Translations under genes and position numbers: made by a program
In this document: one piece after another, positions 1-14,040 of the stretch
Numbering within the stretch: the first letter of the stretch is position 1
Layout of the letters: each line of letters begins with the position of its first letter
Source of the DNA: Octopus vulgaris
Taxonomy: Eukaryota
Assembly (NCBI GenBank): GCA_951406725.2
Contig: OX597821.1
Coordinates: 8,990,001 to 9,054,000 of the forward strand
Length of the DNA: 64,000 bases
Direction: 5' to 3'
The notes under the pieces: generated by a model
What the model saw: the letters and a program-made list of their open reading frames with translations, nothing else
Told to the model about the DNA's origin: nothing
Database searches by the model: none

Positions 1-941
1 TATTGTTGATTGGATGGCTGACCCAAACCTGTAAGGCAGTGACATTTGTCAACGACGAACCTTCTGTACATATACTAATGATTGCCACAGAATTCATGTT
101 ACATTATCATCAGTGATTCACACCAACTATAAAAACATTTTATCAAGAAAAGTATTTCCAATGAAAGTATTTATGCATCGTATGTTATATAACCGTAGAC
201 CGCATTAGAAATATACTTTTGATAAAGCTAGGCAGTAAGGTTAGGAAAGAAATAATATTTAAAACCCGGTATTTACGATTTGACTCTGGTTTTGGACAGA
301 TACCATAATTAACTTGTCTTATATATAAACTAGCCAATTAATTTGTTGGTCGTAAGTGTATAATTATCAAATACTTTGTGGGTATATATGTTGTAGTATA
401 GATGTATAATGAAGGCAGTATTAATACTACAAGTTTCGTCTATTTGGGACTTACTTTAAGTCATCAATAATCCTGAGGTCATTTAAGTATTGTTTTACTT
501 TCAAAGACAAAGATTCAGAGCAACAGAACGACTACTTTTCAGTTTCCTTTTAGATTTGATGTCCGGCAACACCAATTAAAAGAAATGTACAGGTTTTACC
601 AGTGTGAATGAGTGAGTATGATGTGTGATGTGTGCTTGGATGTGTATGTGTACGTGTGTGTGTGTGAGAGTATGTGTGTGTATGCGTCTATGCATGCGTT
701 TATGTGAAGGATCATATAAACATTCTTTAGCGTAGAAAAATGGTTACCAGCATTTCTTCTGGCTCTCTATGTTCTGAGTTCAAACTTCAGCGATATTTAC
801 TTTACCTTTCATCATTCCCAGTTGAGCACTGGGATTGATCTAAATGACTTACTCTCTTTGTTGAAATTGTTGCTCTTGTGACAAAATTTCAAACCGTTAT
901 TTAGCGAAGTTTGAAATCATGGTTGGGTTATTTTTCCTCAC

Positions 942-1040
942 CTCGGGATCGATAAATTAAGTACCACTTGCATACTGGGGTTGATCTAATCGACGAGACC
1001 TCTCCCCCAAAATTTGGGCCGTGTGACTAGAGCAGAAAAA
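942..1040 (+). mobile_element. 3' half of tRNA-derived Nin/Deu-domain-type SINE
   Basis: gggatcgataaattaagtacca...ctggggttgatctaatcgac...ccccaaaatttgggccgtgtg matches the 3' part of the full copy at 1309-1523. Confidence 0.75.
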
Positions 1041-1215
1041 ATATAAAATATATCAGTGAAAGGCACACACACGCGTTTAGTATATACCGTATATGAATAC
1101 ATACATATATGTGTGCGTGTGTGTGTGTTATACATGCATAAACACACACATATATATAAATATACGTCTATGTGTATATGTATGTATGCATGTATGCATA
1201 CCCATGTTGTATAAA

Positions 1216-1262
<47 letters not shown>

Positions 1263-1308
1263 TTTGTGCAGAACAAGTATCATTAGTAACATTAATTGAA
1301 AAGTATAA

Positions 1309-1523
1309 AGGCGGTGACCTGGCAGACTCGATAGCATGCCGGACGAAAAGCTTAGCGATATTTCGTCTGTCTTTACGTTCGGAGTTCAAATTCCGCCGAG
1401 GTTGACTTTGCCTTTCATCCTTTCGGGGTCGATAAATTAAGTACCAGTTGCGTACTGGTGTCGATCTAATCGACTGATCGCCCACCCCCTTAAAATTTCG
1501 GACCTTGTGCCTATAACAGAAAT
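1309..1523 (+). mobile_element. Full-length tRNA-derived SINE (Nin/Deu-domain type, abundant local family)
   Basis: A-box-like ggcggtgacctggcaga, B-box-like gagttcaaattcc, conserved gactttgcctttcatcctttcggggtcgataaattaagtaccagt core; more than 8 related copies in the window. Confidence 0.85.
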
Positions 1524-3939
1524 AATTAATTGAAAAACATTGCTTTTGATTTGGTTTTTATGTCGTCGTTATTAATACTTCGCCAATATAGAATATATAA
1601 GCGGAAGACACAAACACGCATTTACGAATATACCATATATTAATGCATGTGTGTGTGTGTGTGTGTGTGTGTGTTTGTGTATGCGTGTGTGTATAACCAC
1701 GCGTATATGTTTATATTTATATCTATATAACGGAATTCTGCACACTTCCGGCATAGAAATGTCTACTCGTGAGATACTGTTAAAGCCAACGTTATGATAG
1801 AAGACGTACACGACCAAAGCCCTGCATAACAGGATGGTTTCGAAGTATATACTCGAACCTGCACATTGAATGTGGGCCATTTGATTCAAGTTACAGAACG
1901 TGTACACGGTCACTCGTTAATTTAATAATAATAAAAAAAAGAAATTAATCTTTTCAAGTTAGAATATTAATTTTCGTTGTTGTTTGTTATAAATAACTTT
2001 CAAGACATTTTCAGAAATTAATTATTCTTCTAGCAGAAGATAGAGTCATCAAATATCTGCTCATTAAATTTTCTTTATTAAAAATAACGGAAATTAAACT
2101 AATAAATTGTGTTTTGCTTGATGTGTTCTTGTCTCATGAATGAAAGAATGCTTCCTTTAAAGCAGAATATCGTTTTGGCGGAAGTTGCTTTGGCTGTTGA
2201 TGTTGTCCTTGTTATGGCTGTTGTTTTTGTTAAATATCCTTGGAAGTAAAATTGATGGGTTTTTCCCCACCAAAAGCTTTCTGTTATTGCCGTTGTTGTT
2301 ATTCTTGTTATTATTTAGCTCCCTATGAATAGTCATACTGAACACAAGATTGCATTATTCAATACGTCCATCTTTCCTAAGACATTAGCGAATGTATTTG
2401 ATGGAGTTTGGCTGCTATTTCTAATTGGTTATACGAGCAAGTCAAATATTCCGGGCCGAATCATTCTTTTCTTCTCTTTTGCTGTCGTTTTTGTTTGGGT
2501 ATCCTTAAGCCAAATCTGCTCTCGGAGATCGAAGATAAAAAACTTTCCAGTCGTGACCATCCTGCTTTTCCTAGGCAAAGTACACAAGACCACAGTAATT
2601 AATGTGCTCGATCTTTTCGAAGACGGTAGAATGTGATTTGAGGGAGATTTACCTGTTTTCACGCGTAGATCCTGAGACACGTAAAAGATTCTCCGTTGAA
2701 CAGTTTTGTAAGAAGTTTTATTACGGGTGCTGTTTGTTAGTGTTTAGAGACTGATCACCCATCATCATGCAAACAAATGATCAAAAGTGTTCCAGTTGTA
2801 GTCATCCTGTCTTTTATTTGAAACATAAAGCCCCAAAGACCACAATATTCAATGCATTCTTATTTTCTTAGATAGCAGAGTTACATTTCTTTGATATATT
2901 CAAAGCTTAGATACTTCCTTGTTTTCGTTCTATAAAAATAGTTACATTTGGGGAAATTCAAAAGTGGTTTAATGACTTCTGTGAAAATTTAGACCTAACT
3001 CTACCTAACATTGTTGTTTATTACCAGTGATTAAGCAGACGTCTAATAAATGATGTCCCAACCATGAACATTCCAAAACTACAGCATTATCTAATGCTTT
3101 CCTTTCATTATGTTTCGATTGGACATGATATGATGAAAACCGAGATATTTTTTATTCGCAGGTTGAGTGATGACGAAGAAAGTCTCCCGTTAGTTTCATA
3201 AAACCTTATACAGAAAAGTCTGGTGATGTTATAAATACGCGTTGTTGATGTAATTGTCTTTGTTTTAATTTTATAAATGTGATATTTTAAAATCACACTT
3301 TTAAAATAAAGTGCGATTATTTTGGAATTAAAAGCAGGATTTTTTTCATTCTGTAAGAAAAAAACATGGCTGAAACAAATAACACGTACTTCGTGAAAAT
3401 GAAAATAATCTAAATAAAGAGACATACGTCATTCTTCAGTTTCTGCTAGTAAAATAAGAAAGATATAATTGGGAACAAGAATAATACGTTTCTATGCGAC
3501 GTTCATATTAACAGTTACACTACACACTCAAAATGCAGCCACCACAATGTATATATATAGCATATGGAAGGACATTAGTAAGGAACAAATAGCTGCTGTT
3601 CTTTCTTTCTCCAGTGATTCGACCTCCAAGACCGAATCTCTCCAAAGTCAACAAGAGCTACGTTGTATGATTTTTTGATATTACTATTGTCTACATTATG
3701 CATCAGTATTACTAACAATAGAATTTTCTGATTGTCATTACTCTACAGTGCCCAATTGCTCTTAAGAAAAATGAAAGGTCCATTGCAGTTGGTAATGCAC
3801 AAAGCAACCTAAGGTCTATGGTTTTTCTATGGCTACCGAAAAATCTGCTGGCATCGAAAATGTTTGTGAAGTCGCAATTCATGTTTCTCGGTGTTTTATC
3901 CAAATGTCCATCGGACCGTTTGTAATACTACCACGCCTA

Positions 3940-4103
3940 AAGACAGCGAGCTGGCAGAAACGTTAGCACGCCGGGCGAAATGCTTAGGGCCCTTTCATTC
4001 TTTCAGAGTCGATAATTTGAGTACCAGTTGCGTACTGGGGTCGATTTAATCAACTGGCTCCCTCCCTCAAAATTGCGGGCCTTGTGCCTGGAGTAGAAAA
4101 GAA
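3940..4103 (+). mobile_element. Internally deleted copy of the same SINE
   Basis: gcgagctggcagaaacgttagcacgccgggcgaaatgcttag joined directly to ctttcattctttcagagtcgataa...gtaccagttgcgtactggggtcg. Confidence 0.8.
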
Positions 4104-4971
4104 TATTAAGACGCACTCAATAGCAGGATATTATAAGAAATTCGTTTTGTGGCATGATTAGTTTCTGTTATCAAATCTACAATAATGGCTTGATTTCAGA
4201 TTCAATTGACAAACCCCAGATCTTTTTCTTTTGATAACTACTACACTATGTCATTTACCGGTATTCAACAAGGAGACTCTTCGGGCTCCTCACTGTTTGC
4301 TACGGTCATTGACGACTTTCAGATAAGTGTCTCATTGAATTACTGAATTGAATATCTAATATTTAGTCATTGCGTTTATTGAAAAAATCTCACTTCTGTT
4401 TTAATCGATAAAGATTTATAAATCTTAGTGGGCTATAATCCTCAGTATTAGTGCTACAAATGCGAATTAATATTTAGCATTTAGCTTTCATGAAGAGTCA
4501 ATGAAATGAAACGAACGTTTTAAATAACATTTCAATTAACTCGCTTTCCAAATCCTTTTGACTGTTATTTAGACGAGCATCTCTCACCATTTATTCTAAC
4601 ATCACTCTTTTACCCGGCGAGCCGGCGCTTATAAAGCTTATGATAAGTAATCACCAAGACATAGTGAGGCCACCATTTTCTTTCTTATTCGCCATTGCTG
4701 CTGTATCCTAATGCTAACCTATAGCTTAAGATATACAGTTTTCATTCTATGGCCGTCCAAAAAGAGCTTGACCGCAACAGTTTTAAACATAGATCCTACA
4801 GATGTCTGCTAGTTCAGCAACCTACTCATTCTTTCATGGGCACGGAAATCCGATCTGCTTCTGTGTCCGACCATACTTCATGACAACCTTTTGCACTTAA
4901 CACGTTGTTTACGAGTAAGAAGGGAAGAACATAATTTTTTAATGGCTTCACGCTATAAAGGGCAGCTTTTA

Positions 4972-5848
4972 TATGAGGTGGTATCAAAACCTCCCCGGAC
5001 TAGTCCTGTAGTGCACCTGCAGGTGCAGTGAGAGCCAGCAGTAAACTCCCTGAGGCAATGTGCCAAGTGACGTTGCTGTGTTTACTTTGCAAGCTGTGAA
5101 ATTTGTATTTTTGTGATCACGTGTATACAGTAGTTTGCGATTTTGTCATGGAAAGGAACAAACAGCCAACTTTAAATTTTGCGTTAAACTTCAGAAGTCT
5201 GCTATAGAGACACTGAGCATGCCTCGGCGATATTACGATGACGAGGCAATGGGTCGCAAGCAATGTTTCAGGTGGCACGAGTGCTTCAAAAGCGGAAAAA
5301 TGTCCCTGGATGACGCTGAACTACCTGGAACACCTGCCGCTTGGGTCACCTCCGGGAATGTGGTTTTGTGCATCGAAAATTCGCCTCACAGGACCAGACT
5401 GTCAATCGAGAATTCTATTGCTACGTTTTGAAGCGTTTGAGGGCGGCCATTCAGTGGATCTGTGGAGCGCGGAGAATTGGTTTCCTCACTGAGCACTCTT
5501 CCCTGGTGAGTTTCTCGGGAAAAACAACATGGTATCGCTTCTGCACACGCTCTGTTCACCAGATTTAGCACCTACGGACCTCCATCTCTTCTCTAAGATC
5601 AAAATACAGCTGAAGGGTTGCCGTTTTAGCACTGTGTTTTTGAGATCAAGAGCAAATCATCGGAAGTCCTTGACTCGCTTACGAAAAACGACTTTGTGAG
5701 TGGATTCCAAATGTCGCAGGAACGCTAGCTCCAGTGTACAGCTGTGCAAGGTGATTATTTCGAAGGAGATGATGCTAAAACTAAGGTAATTAAGTTATTT
5801 ATTTTATTAAACATAGCTAGACCTGAAACCTTTTGATATCACTTCGTA
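4972..5848 (+). mobile_element. Internally deleted mariner transposon (irritans-like), non-autonomous
   Basis: TA-flanked imperfect TIRs tgaggtggtatcaaaacc...ggactag / ctagacctgaaaccttttgatatcacttcg; HTH-region translation KEQTANFKFCVKLQKSAIETLSM...FRWHECFKSGKMSLDDAELPGTP and a C-terminal SPDLAPTD motif. Confidence 0.85.
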
Positions 5849-5964
5849 GGTCTTTCTCATAATATTTGAAAGTGGAAAAATAATGCGGTATGTTACCTTC
5901 AGGTTAGAGGTATTTCCTGAATAGAAAATATTCTCACTGGCTTCCATACAGTTCCCATCTACTA

Positions 5965-6330
5965 AATATCCATCCATCCATCCATCTTCTATGCAAACTC
6001 TTCGTGGGAATGGCCATAAAGGCCGAAACCCCAGGCGCCTCTTCTGTACGATCCTGCCAGAAGCAACTGTCTTTTGACTTGATTCTCATGCATGAATAAC
6101 CGAGACTCCGGATATTATCCAGCTATCTCGTTCTTGGTCAACTCCTATGTTTCCTGCCAATTGGCTCGGCTTGAAGAATCTGTCAAGGGATTCATTCCTC
6201 TGAATTTCATCCACAAATATTTTATGAAACCCCATGTTATTATACTCGCTACTTTCTCGACGCGAACTCACAATAGTTACCAAATAAACTTCTAAATCCC
6301 ACAGATTATTTTCATTGCAACAGTTTGTGG
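5965..6330 (-). mobile_element. Decayed LINE 3' end (probably RTE-like) with (ATGG)n tail
   Basis: Degenerate ORF-like minus-strand sequence ending in a short tetranucleotide tail; no diagnostic motif intact. Confidence 0.35.
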
Positions 6331-6655
6331 TCCTCTTGATATAAAAAAAAAACATCGTGAGTTTTGATGTTATGATTCACCAAAGTCTTTTATTTCATAA
6401 TTTTAAAATTAATTAATTCAAGATTTCTATTTTATGGCACAAAATTGCTGCAAACCTTTTTTTTTTATTTACTCATGTGTTTGCTTTCGTCATTTTGTCA
6501 TTCTTTCATTCTCTCATCATTCATTCACTCATTCATTCACTTAATGTATCTTTCTCTTTTCTTTCTTTGTTTCTTTCTCTATTTCTTTCTTTGTTTCTTC
6601 CTTCGGTTTCCTTTTCTTTATCCCGTTTTCTTTGATTTCTTTTCTCTATCTGATT

Positions 6656-6699
<44 letters not shown>

Positions 6700-7811
6700 T
6701 CGTGTTTGCAGTTGACCTTAATTCACAGTATGGCTTGGAATTTATCACACACGCTCAAAAGTGCGCTTAGGCTCACGCAAACACACACTCGCGTGTGTAT
6801 ACACTCTGCAGACACATGCATGTGTACGTGAGCAAATGCACGCGCGCACACACACATACTACATAAGGAAACATCAACACAACAAATCATATATAAGTGC
6901 ACATACATATATACACACATGAATGTTCAATCAATCAATCATCCATTCATTGATACGACAATACATTCAAACACATACAGAAAAGGCACATGCAAGAAGA
7001 TAAACACATGACAATACAGACAGATACACGTGCGCTTGCACCCACATGCAATGGAACAATCTTCCGTACACGTACACAAACTTACACGATCCCATATAAA
7101 TGAGATGATATGGGTGCAGTTAATTGAGTGGCTAGTATTAGCAGCCAACTAACCCTCAAATTGCATTTCGCCTGCTTGAAAATACAGGGACACAAATTAT
7201 TATTAACATATTATGTGAATATCATATCTTTCAACGTTTTATTTATGCTAGTGTATTCTTCGTGCTATTTCTAAGATCATCCAAGCAACGAGTAAACATT
7301 AATGTGAAAAGCAGCCTTGGACTATTCCGTTTCACAGAAAGTGGATCGCACATTATGTCACCGTTTTAATCTGATGTTTCTGGTTAGGCTTAATCGAACT
7401 CGAAATCGATTACAATATTTCAGTCCACTCCTTGTGGACTTTAGGGTCTTTGTCAGATTTTTATATTTGCTTCTATTTTATATCTGGAAATTGCAGATAA
7501 TTTACCAGTCTTTCTTTCTGTACATTGCATGGAAGGTAGATTCATTGGAAATAGCTTTTTGAAAGGTGTGTATTTCGAAGCAAATTTTTGATTGGACTTT
7601 TTTCGAATTTGTTGATTACTATATCATGAGGCATGGCTTCTATTACACATGAGATTCGTTTACAAGATCTTCTTGAATGAAACATCTCTACTGGAATCAT
7701 GGAACCAATAGCTATTCCACAGCTAAGGGATATTAACAAGCTGTCATAACAACCAGTTATAAATCGGCGTCCCACTTTGAAAATGGTGTCCATATGTATA
7801 TATATATATAT

Positions 7812-7878
<67 letters not shown>

Positions 7879-8214
7879 ATATATATATCTGTATGTATGT
7901 GTCTGTGTCTGTGTGTCTTAGGGTGCATAACCTGGTGGATACTGGGTATTGGGTTCTACTCGCGAGAGACCGTGAATTAAATCCATGGACCGGATGATGC
8001 GTCACGTTCGTGAACAAAACACTTCATCTCACGTTGCTCTGTGATCACTTCGACACCTGACGTGTGATACACCGAACACATGTTAAGGCAATGTCGATTT
8101 GATGGAGAGAGTGTGTCAGTATACAGCAGCTGTATTTGATCACTATGAACAAATCCTTTGTACAAATCGTTCAGCAATAACTGAACACTCATACGTCGTC
8201 TTCCACGGTAGATT

Positions 8215-8265
<51 letters not shown>

Positions 8266-8364
8266 TTTAAATATGATTGCAATGCAAAAGTACAAAAGTA
8301 TCACTTTCCAGCTAAATATACTGGCAAGATGTAGCGATATTTTAAAATTTCATCACATGTGAAT

Positions 8365-8455
8365 TTACTTGATGAGGACTAATCAAATTTACGATAACAA
8401 CCGTATTTTGGAAAGTCCGAAACTCAGGTCCTAGATTATCAATTCTGGGTTGTCC
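8365..8455 (+). ncRNA. Degenerate type I hammerhead ribozyme in a (TA)n-flanked cassette (8262-8595)
   Basis: tTGATGA-ggact...agtcc-GAAA-ctcag...ctggg-TT; stems II and III pair, core C3 is mutated, stem I is weak. Confidence 0.5.
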
Positions 8456-8586
8456 ATTTTTACCATGTTCTGTCTAGAGGTAAGAGGAATTTTTTAATGT
8501 TCGCTGCCCGCATACATCATTGTCAGTATATATTTCAGTGAAGCTTTACATAGCGTTGTATCGTAATCCCTCCATATCTAGCAAAC

Positions 8587-8654
<68 letters not shown>

Positions 8655-8655
<1 letters not shown>

Positions 8656-8801
8656 CTTTGTAATTGTGATATTTTGCTGTTTTCCCTCCATATCAATGTG
8701 AATTATTTTTGAGTAAACACTCTTTGTAATTGTGATATTTTGCTGTTTTTCCCTCCATATCTACGTGAATTATTTTTGAGTAAACACTCTTTGTACATGT
8801 G
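8655..8801. repeat. Dispersed ~2-monomer patch of the 66-bp satellite
   Basis: tctttgtaattgtgatattttgctgttttccctccatatc...gaattatttttgagtaaacac matches the monomers at 26-37 kb. Confidence 0.9.
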
Positions 8802-9810
8802 AAAGTAGTGAGAAAGATAGAGTAAAGAAGAATCTAGTGACAGTGAAGAAGAGGAAGAAGAAAGTAGTGACAAAGACAGAGTAAGGGATCTGAGAGCTGT
8901 CATGAGAGAGTGACAGCAGCAGCGTCGATGAAGTAGGCAGATTAAGGAATCTGAGAGCAGATAGAGAGAATATTAGCAGTGCTAAGACAGATTAAGGGGA
9001 GTGATAGAGCAAGAGGTTTTTGGACAGTCGGTTTTTGGAAGGCAAAGCGAGCGGTCGGGATTTGAGGAGCGAGGATTTGGGAATTCGGGGCAAGAGTTTG
9101 GCAAGTTGGAGCTAGCAGTACTGAGAGAGATGAGGTGCAATATGAGGCGTTGGCTAATGTAAGGTACGTGAATTGTGTATTGATATGTGAAGAAACAGAA
9201 GGAAAAGGAATCGATGTATCGAAATGTTGAAAAAGAAATGAGACAGTAAAAAGGAATTTAATGAACAATGTGAATTGAGTAAAGGACTTGTCGATGTGTC
9301 GATTATCGAGTTGTGGTATTTATGTTCAGAATTGTGTTGATACATGTTACAAAAGAAAGTAGAAAAAGACTTTAAAGAACTGTGAACGTTATTCGTTTAA
9401 TTGGATTTGAACATTGATTTGTAACGTGAATTATTTGTATAATGAACATTGAACTGTTAGGCCTTTAATGTCCTTTGAAATGCTGTTGTTATTGAACTTG
9501 ATGTGTTGTTACCGGATGGTTATATTGTATCTGCATGTTGTTAAATGCTTTGATCTGTGGTATACCTGTATGATGTATTGAGTTGTTACTTGCATGTCCT
9601 CTTTTAAATGTACCTGATATGTATTTGATGTTGTAACAATTGATTGTCATATAAACTAGTTGTTAAATGTAAGCCAGTTGCCTTGCCTCTTTGTGTCTCT
9701 CTCGATTGCCTCTGTGCTGCTGCTGTGGTTGTTGTTGTTGTCTCTCTCCTCTCTGGGTTCCGTGGCGAACTTGCCCGTTCGGGCGAGCGACGGCAGGTGA
9801 TTCCGTAACA
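8797..9810. mobile_element. Possible solo LTR
   Basis: About 1 kb bounded by tgtgaaag...ccgtaaca (TG...CA), purine-rich body; no TSD visible. Confidence 0.25.
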
Positions 9811-11465
9811 ATATATATGAATGAATAAAAGGAATGGAAGACGTCGTTTTGTACAATGTATGTTTCAAAATGTATTGGGCCTGTATTATGTAATATTACA
9901 GCTTTTCATGCGCAATTACTTTGTCTTGCGAAATCATTTGTCGCTGTGAGTCATCCAAAGATATCAAATTATTTTGATTATCCCTGATGATTCCCAACTA
10001 TAGCAAATGAATAAGCAGAAAAAATAATCATATCAACAATATGAACAAAAAGAATGAGAACAGAAATAATTGTATCCAGAACGAAATCATCAACATCAAC
10101 GTCAAAAGCTCTGCAATAAATGTATGCTGTATCTTTCTCGAGAGCGGTTAACTAGTGGAAGATTAAAAAAAAAAGAATTTTCCGTATACAAAATATTGTT
10201 AAACCAGGATTAATGTCACTTATGAAAAGTTTCGAAAATCAACCAAATATATATAAATATATCTATCATAAACACAGATGACAGAAATAGAAAGATGCAC
10301 GGAAGACCTATTGCTCTCATGTCTACATGTATGCAAAGCTGTAGCTGCAATCTATAACAGTGAGGCGGAAAGTCTAAGAATGGCAACGTTAAATCTCATC
10401 TCCCAAAGTTTTATCAAAATACATTTACATATGCGTAGAACGTTAACTCGAACGTTCGGGCTTACAAGAAACTTAGGAATCTTTGTGAGCCGTGGCATGG
10501 GGTGATTGTAGAGGTCAAATTCATCCCCAAATTAACAGAATAGAGATTCTGATGGAATTATTGTTACTGGTCACCGCGGAAGAAGCCAATCACATTTTAG
10601 AATTTTCCTGTTTCGCGTTATGCAAGTAAATGCAGCTGATAATACAGGGCAGGGAAACCAACTGTTTTGTGTGTGAAAATTCAGATCACTTCAAAATTTT
10701 CTTTCCCACTCAAAGCAAGCACAGCACACTGTATTGTTACTATCAAATCCATTCCCACCTCTTTCTTCTGATCATGGTCTCAAATCAAAACCCCAGTTAG
10801 GAGATGAAATCCAGAGGAAATCGCTGTAAAAGGAATTTGTTGTGGAGAAAACAAAACAATCTGACCCAAGCTAATAGAAGTTGCTCCAAATTGAAGGCGA
10901 TGGGACGTGGCAAAGAAACAGAAATCTCGTCACCACAAAACCAATTGTTACAAACCCATTCACAGCCACAGATTCACAAGAAATCTCAAAAACAAAACAG
11001 AACACTCGAACAACACGATCAACAGTTCAATACTCACACACAGACCCCATTTATCAATTTCACTGTTGCTCAGAAGAGCAACATCGATTTGATTAAGGAA
11101 GTAGTCAGCTACAAAAATGTCTGGTATATGGGGCAAATTTGCACGAAATGTTCCCGAAAACACCCTTGGAAAGACAGTTTGCACCTGGTTTAAAATTTAG
11201 TGATCTCTTAAAAAGAATATGCTTAATGAATACCACAGTAAAATATTCTTGAGAAGCCTTTTCCTACTTAAACCCCAGTGGAAAAGAAGGCTGGATAAAT
11301 AGGGTCATGGTAAACATCTACCTATTCTGTTACCTGTTTCTGTTCTTGTAGTGTGTTGGTTGCGGGTTATGAAATGGCAGTGCAGTTACGATAATCCTTC
11401 AACCTTGACTTATGGACAATCTCACTGGAACCGTGTAGTTAGTTGGTTGTCTTCAACGTAAATAA

Positions 11466-11625
11466 TTCCATATCTACGTGAATTATTTTTGAGTAAACAC
11501 TCTTTGTAACTGTGATATTTGCTGTTTTCCTCCATATCAACGTGAATTATTTTTGAGTAAACACTCTTTGTACATGTGATATTTTGCCGTTTTTCCCTCC
11601 ATATCTATGTGAATTATTTTTGAGA
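11466..11625. repeat. Dispersed ~2.5-monomer patch of the 66-bp satellite
   Basis: Direct match to the satellite monomer. Confidence 0.9.
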
Positions 11626-11929
11626 AATAGGTTGTTCTGATTTCTTCAGATGTTTGTAAAATTTCCTCGAACACCTGCTCAGACGTTTCCAGTTGTCCGA
11701 CAAGTACCGATTGGGTTGCCCGCATGTGCCAGTGTGGACAAGGAGCAACTACAGCAGACCATCCAAATTATATCTAAACTGAGATTTTACGATACTACCG
11801 GATATGGTTATTGCAATATGCTCAAAATTCAAAGTAGTCGGCTACAGAAAACACGAATTGTGATCTAGCCGGCTGACTCAGTTATGGGAAGGTGAACTCA
11901 TCCTTATCGGCATGCAAAGTCTACGGGGA

Positions 11930-12190
11930 TCGGAGTAGTGAATTAGCAATCATCAGTTGACTGGAGCATTAAAAAACCGGCGATGCGGCGTTCTGATGAG
12001 GGCGATTAAAACAGGATGAGATTAATAAAGGCGTCGCCTGTTAGCATGAAAGGTTAATGATGGTGTATATAGACGACTTCAGCGTCATGGTGTCGGATGC
12101 TACCGAAGTGAAAGCGGTAGGCTCCATGCTGAAAGAATACGAGGCAGTAGATGGAGCAAAAACAAATGTAAACAAATCGATGGTAAGCGT
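11930..12190 (+). mobile_element. Tx1/L1-clade LINE reverse-transcriptase fragment
   Basis: VYIDDFSVMVSD...LKEYEAVDGAKTNVNKS, corresponding to the YADD and G.KIN..KS motifs. Confidence 0.75.
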
Positions 12191-12439
12191 TCCTCCCACC
12201 AGCGCTGCCACAGACATTCTTCCTCTTACGTCACTTACCCCACTCAAAGAATATGAGGTAAAAGGCAACAGCGGCGGCAGCGACGACGACGACGACGATA
12301 CAACAACAACAACAACAACCCGAATAGTGCAGGAGTGAGAGAATCTTGCAGCAGTGAGAGAATCTTGCAGCATTTTAGCAAAACTCAGCAACGGCAACAT
12401 CACGATCACCTGTTGTAGGACAATTTAAGCAACGAAAAT

Positions 12440-14020
12440 AGTGAAAACATCGGGCCCTGCATCACGGATGGTGAGTTGATGGTCCTGGATGTGAGCAGTG
12501 AGCGAATTGGTGCTTTTACACCCCAACTAAAGCAGGGCAGCCGGATTTCTTCAGACGTGTTGGGGTCTTCCTTGAAACACTCATTACTGATAGTGGGCGA
12601 TTGGAAGTCATCTTGGATGCACACCTCGATAGAGTGGGGCGAGCCGATCGGAGAGTTGAGAGTAAAAGTCTTACAAATTTGCGCAGCCGCTTCCAACTGG
12701 CTGACAGGTACCGACTGGATTTCTCGAAAGCGCCAATGTGGTCATGGGCAAATAGCATCGGGTCTTCAAGCACGTATCTAGATAGAGTATTCTGTAGGCC
12801 AGTAAATACAAGTAGCATACGTTATCCACAGTTCAAAGTCGTCGGCTACACACCACAAATTTGTGATCTACACAATTGACCTAGATAGGATACATTCAAG
12901 GTTGACTGTACTAAACAATACGTCGAGTATTTTTGCTGTTTTCCTCCATATCAACGTGAATTATTTTTGAGTAAACACTCTTTGTAATTGTGATATTTTG
13001 CTGTTTTCCCTCCATATCAACGTGAATTATTTTTGAGTAAACACTCTTTGTAATTGTGATATTTTGCTGTTTTCCCTCCATATCGTCAGGTGTAATCGTC
13101 AACAACCGATGGTTGATAGTCCTAAAAAAAGGCTATTGAATTATTTTTGAGAATAACACACTTTGTACATATGATATTTTGCTGTTTTTCCCTCCATATC
13201 TACATGAATTATTTTTGAGAATAACACACTTTGTACATATGATATTTTGCTGTTTTCCCTACATATGAGGCATTATGGTTTAGCAAGGAATTAGCCGTTG
13301 TGGAATCAAGAAGAGGGAAACCTAGTTTGGAAATTAGAAGTGGCACCTACTAGTGACATCGAGACCGATGTGTCGGTGGCGAGATTGGGTCTTGATAAAT
13401 TCTTCAATACCAAGCATGAATATTGCGTTGGGGACAGGCTCTTGACACTCGAGTTTAAGCAGATGTATGCGTAATTTCAGCTGCGCTTCACCCTACTCTA
13501 TGAAGCCGAAAATGGATTTCACCTTCTTCGTCGATGATATGCGGTGCTTCTCGGCCAGAGGTGTGTGGGTCTTACGAATTGACGATAACAGCCGAAGACA
13601 GCGGATACGATGACTAACTGCATAAGAAAAAAGTCTTTGGGGCTGGACGGTCTACCATGCGAGCTTTATTTTCATATGCCAGATTTCGGCGGTGATCTTT
13701 TGGCTGATATCTAGCGTAACTGGCAACAGAACGGAATGATCCCCAGTGCTGTAGCACGTGGTGTGGAGGCGCAGCTAAAAAAGCACCCGAACAAAAGGGG
13801 ACAAAATAGACAATTTTAGGCCCGTAACTCTACTAAACAGAGATTACAAGATTTTGGCCAAGTGTTAGCCAAGAGGTTTCCACTTGTCGATAAGCTGGTC
13901 GGTAACGTTCAGACATGCGTTATCCCAAGATAATCCTCCAACTCGCGCGTTACATCATAGAGAGGGCAGGTAGGGCACCTGGCATGAGTGGGGCCCTGAT
14001 CAATTTGGATCAATCAAAAG
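12440..14020 (+). mobile_element. Tx1/L1-clade LINE ORF2 relic (APE endonuclease plus RT N-terminal part), interrupted by satellite monomers
   Basis: LLIVGDW, LDAHLDRVG, LADRYR...WSWANS...YLDRV (endonuclease motifs); GLDGLP and NFRPVTLLN.DYKILAK (RT motifs), with frameshifts. Confidence 0.8.
12927..13262. repeat. Dispersed 66-bp satellite monomers (about 4, in two pieces) inside the LINE relic
   Basis: Direct match to both satellite variants (gagtaaacac and gagaataacac). Confidence 0.9.
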
Positions 14021-14040
14021 TAGCATATGTTTCGTTGTAG

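Noticed and set aside
420-470. Possible minus-strand hammerhead (TGATGA...gtc/gac-GAAAC-tt-GTA)
   Set aside because: Core spacing is disrupted and stem I does not pair convincingly.
10804-11193. 129-aa plus-strand ORF
   Set aside because: No recognisable domain or splice context; more likely a decayed retroelement fragment.
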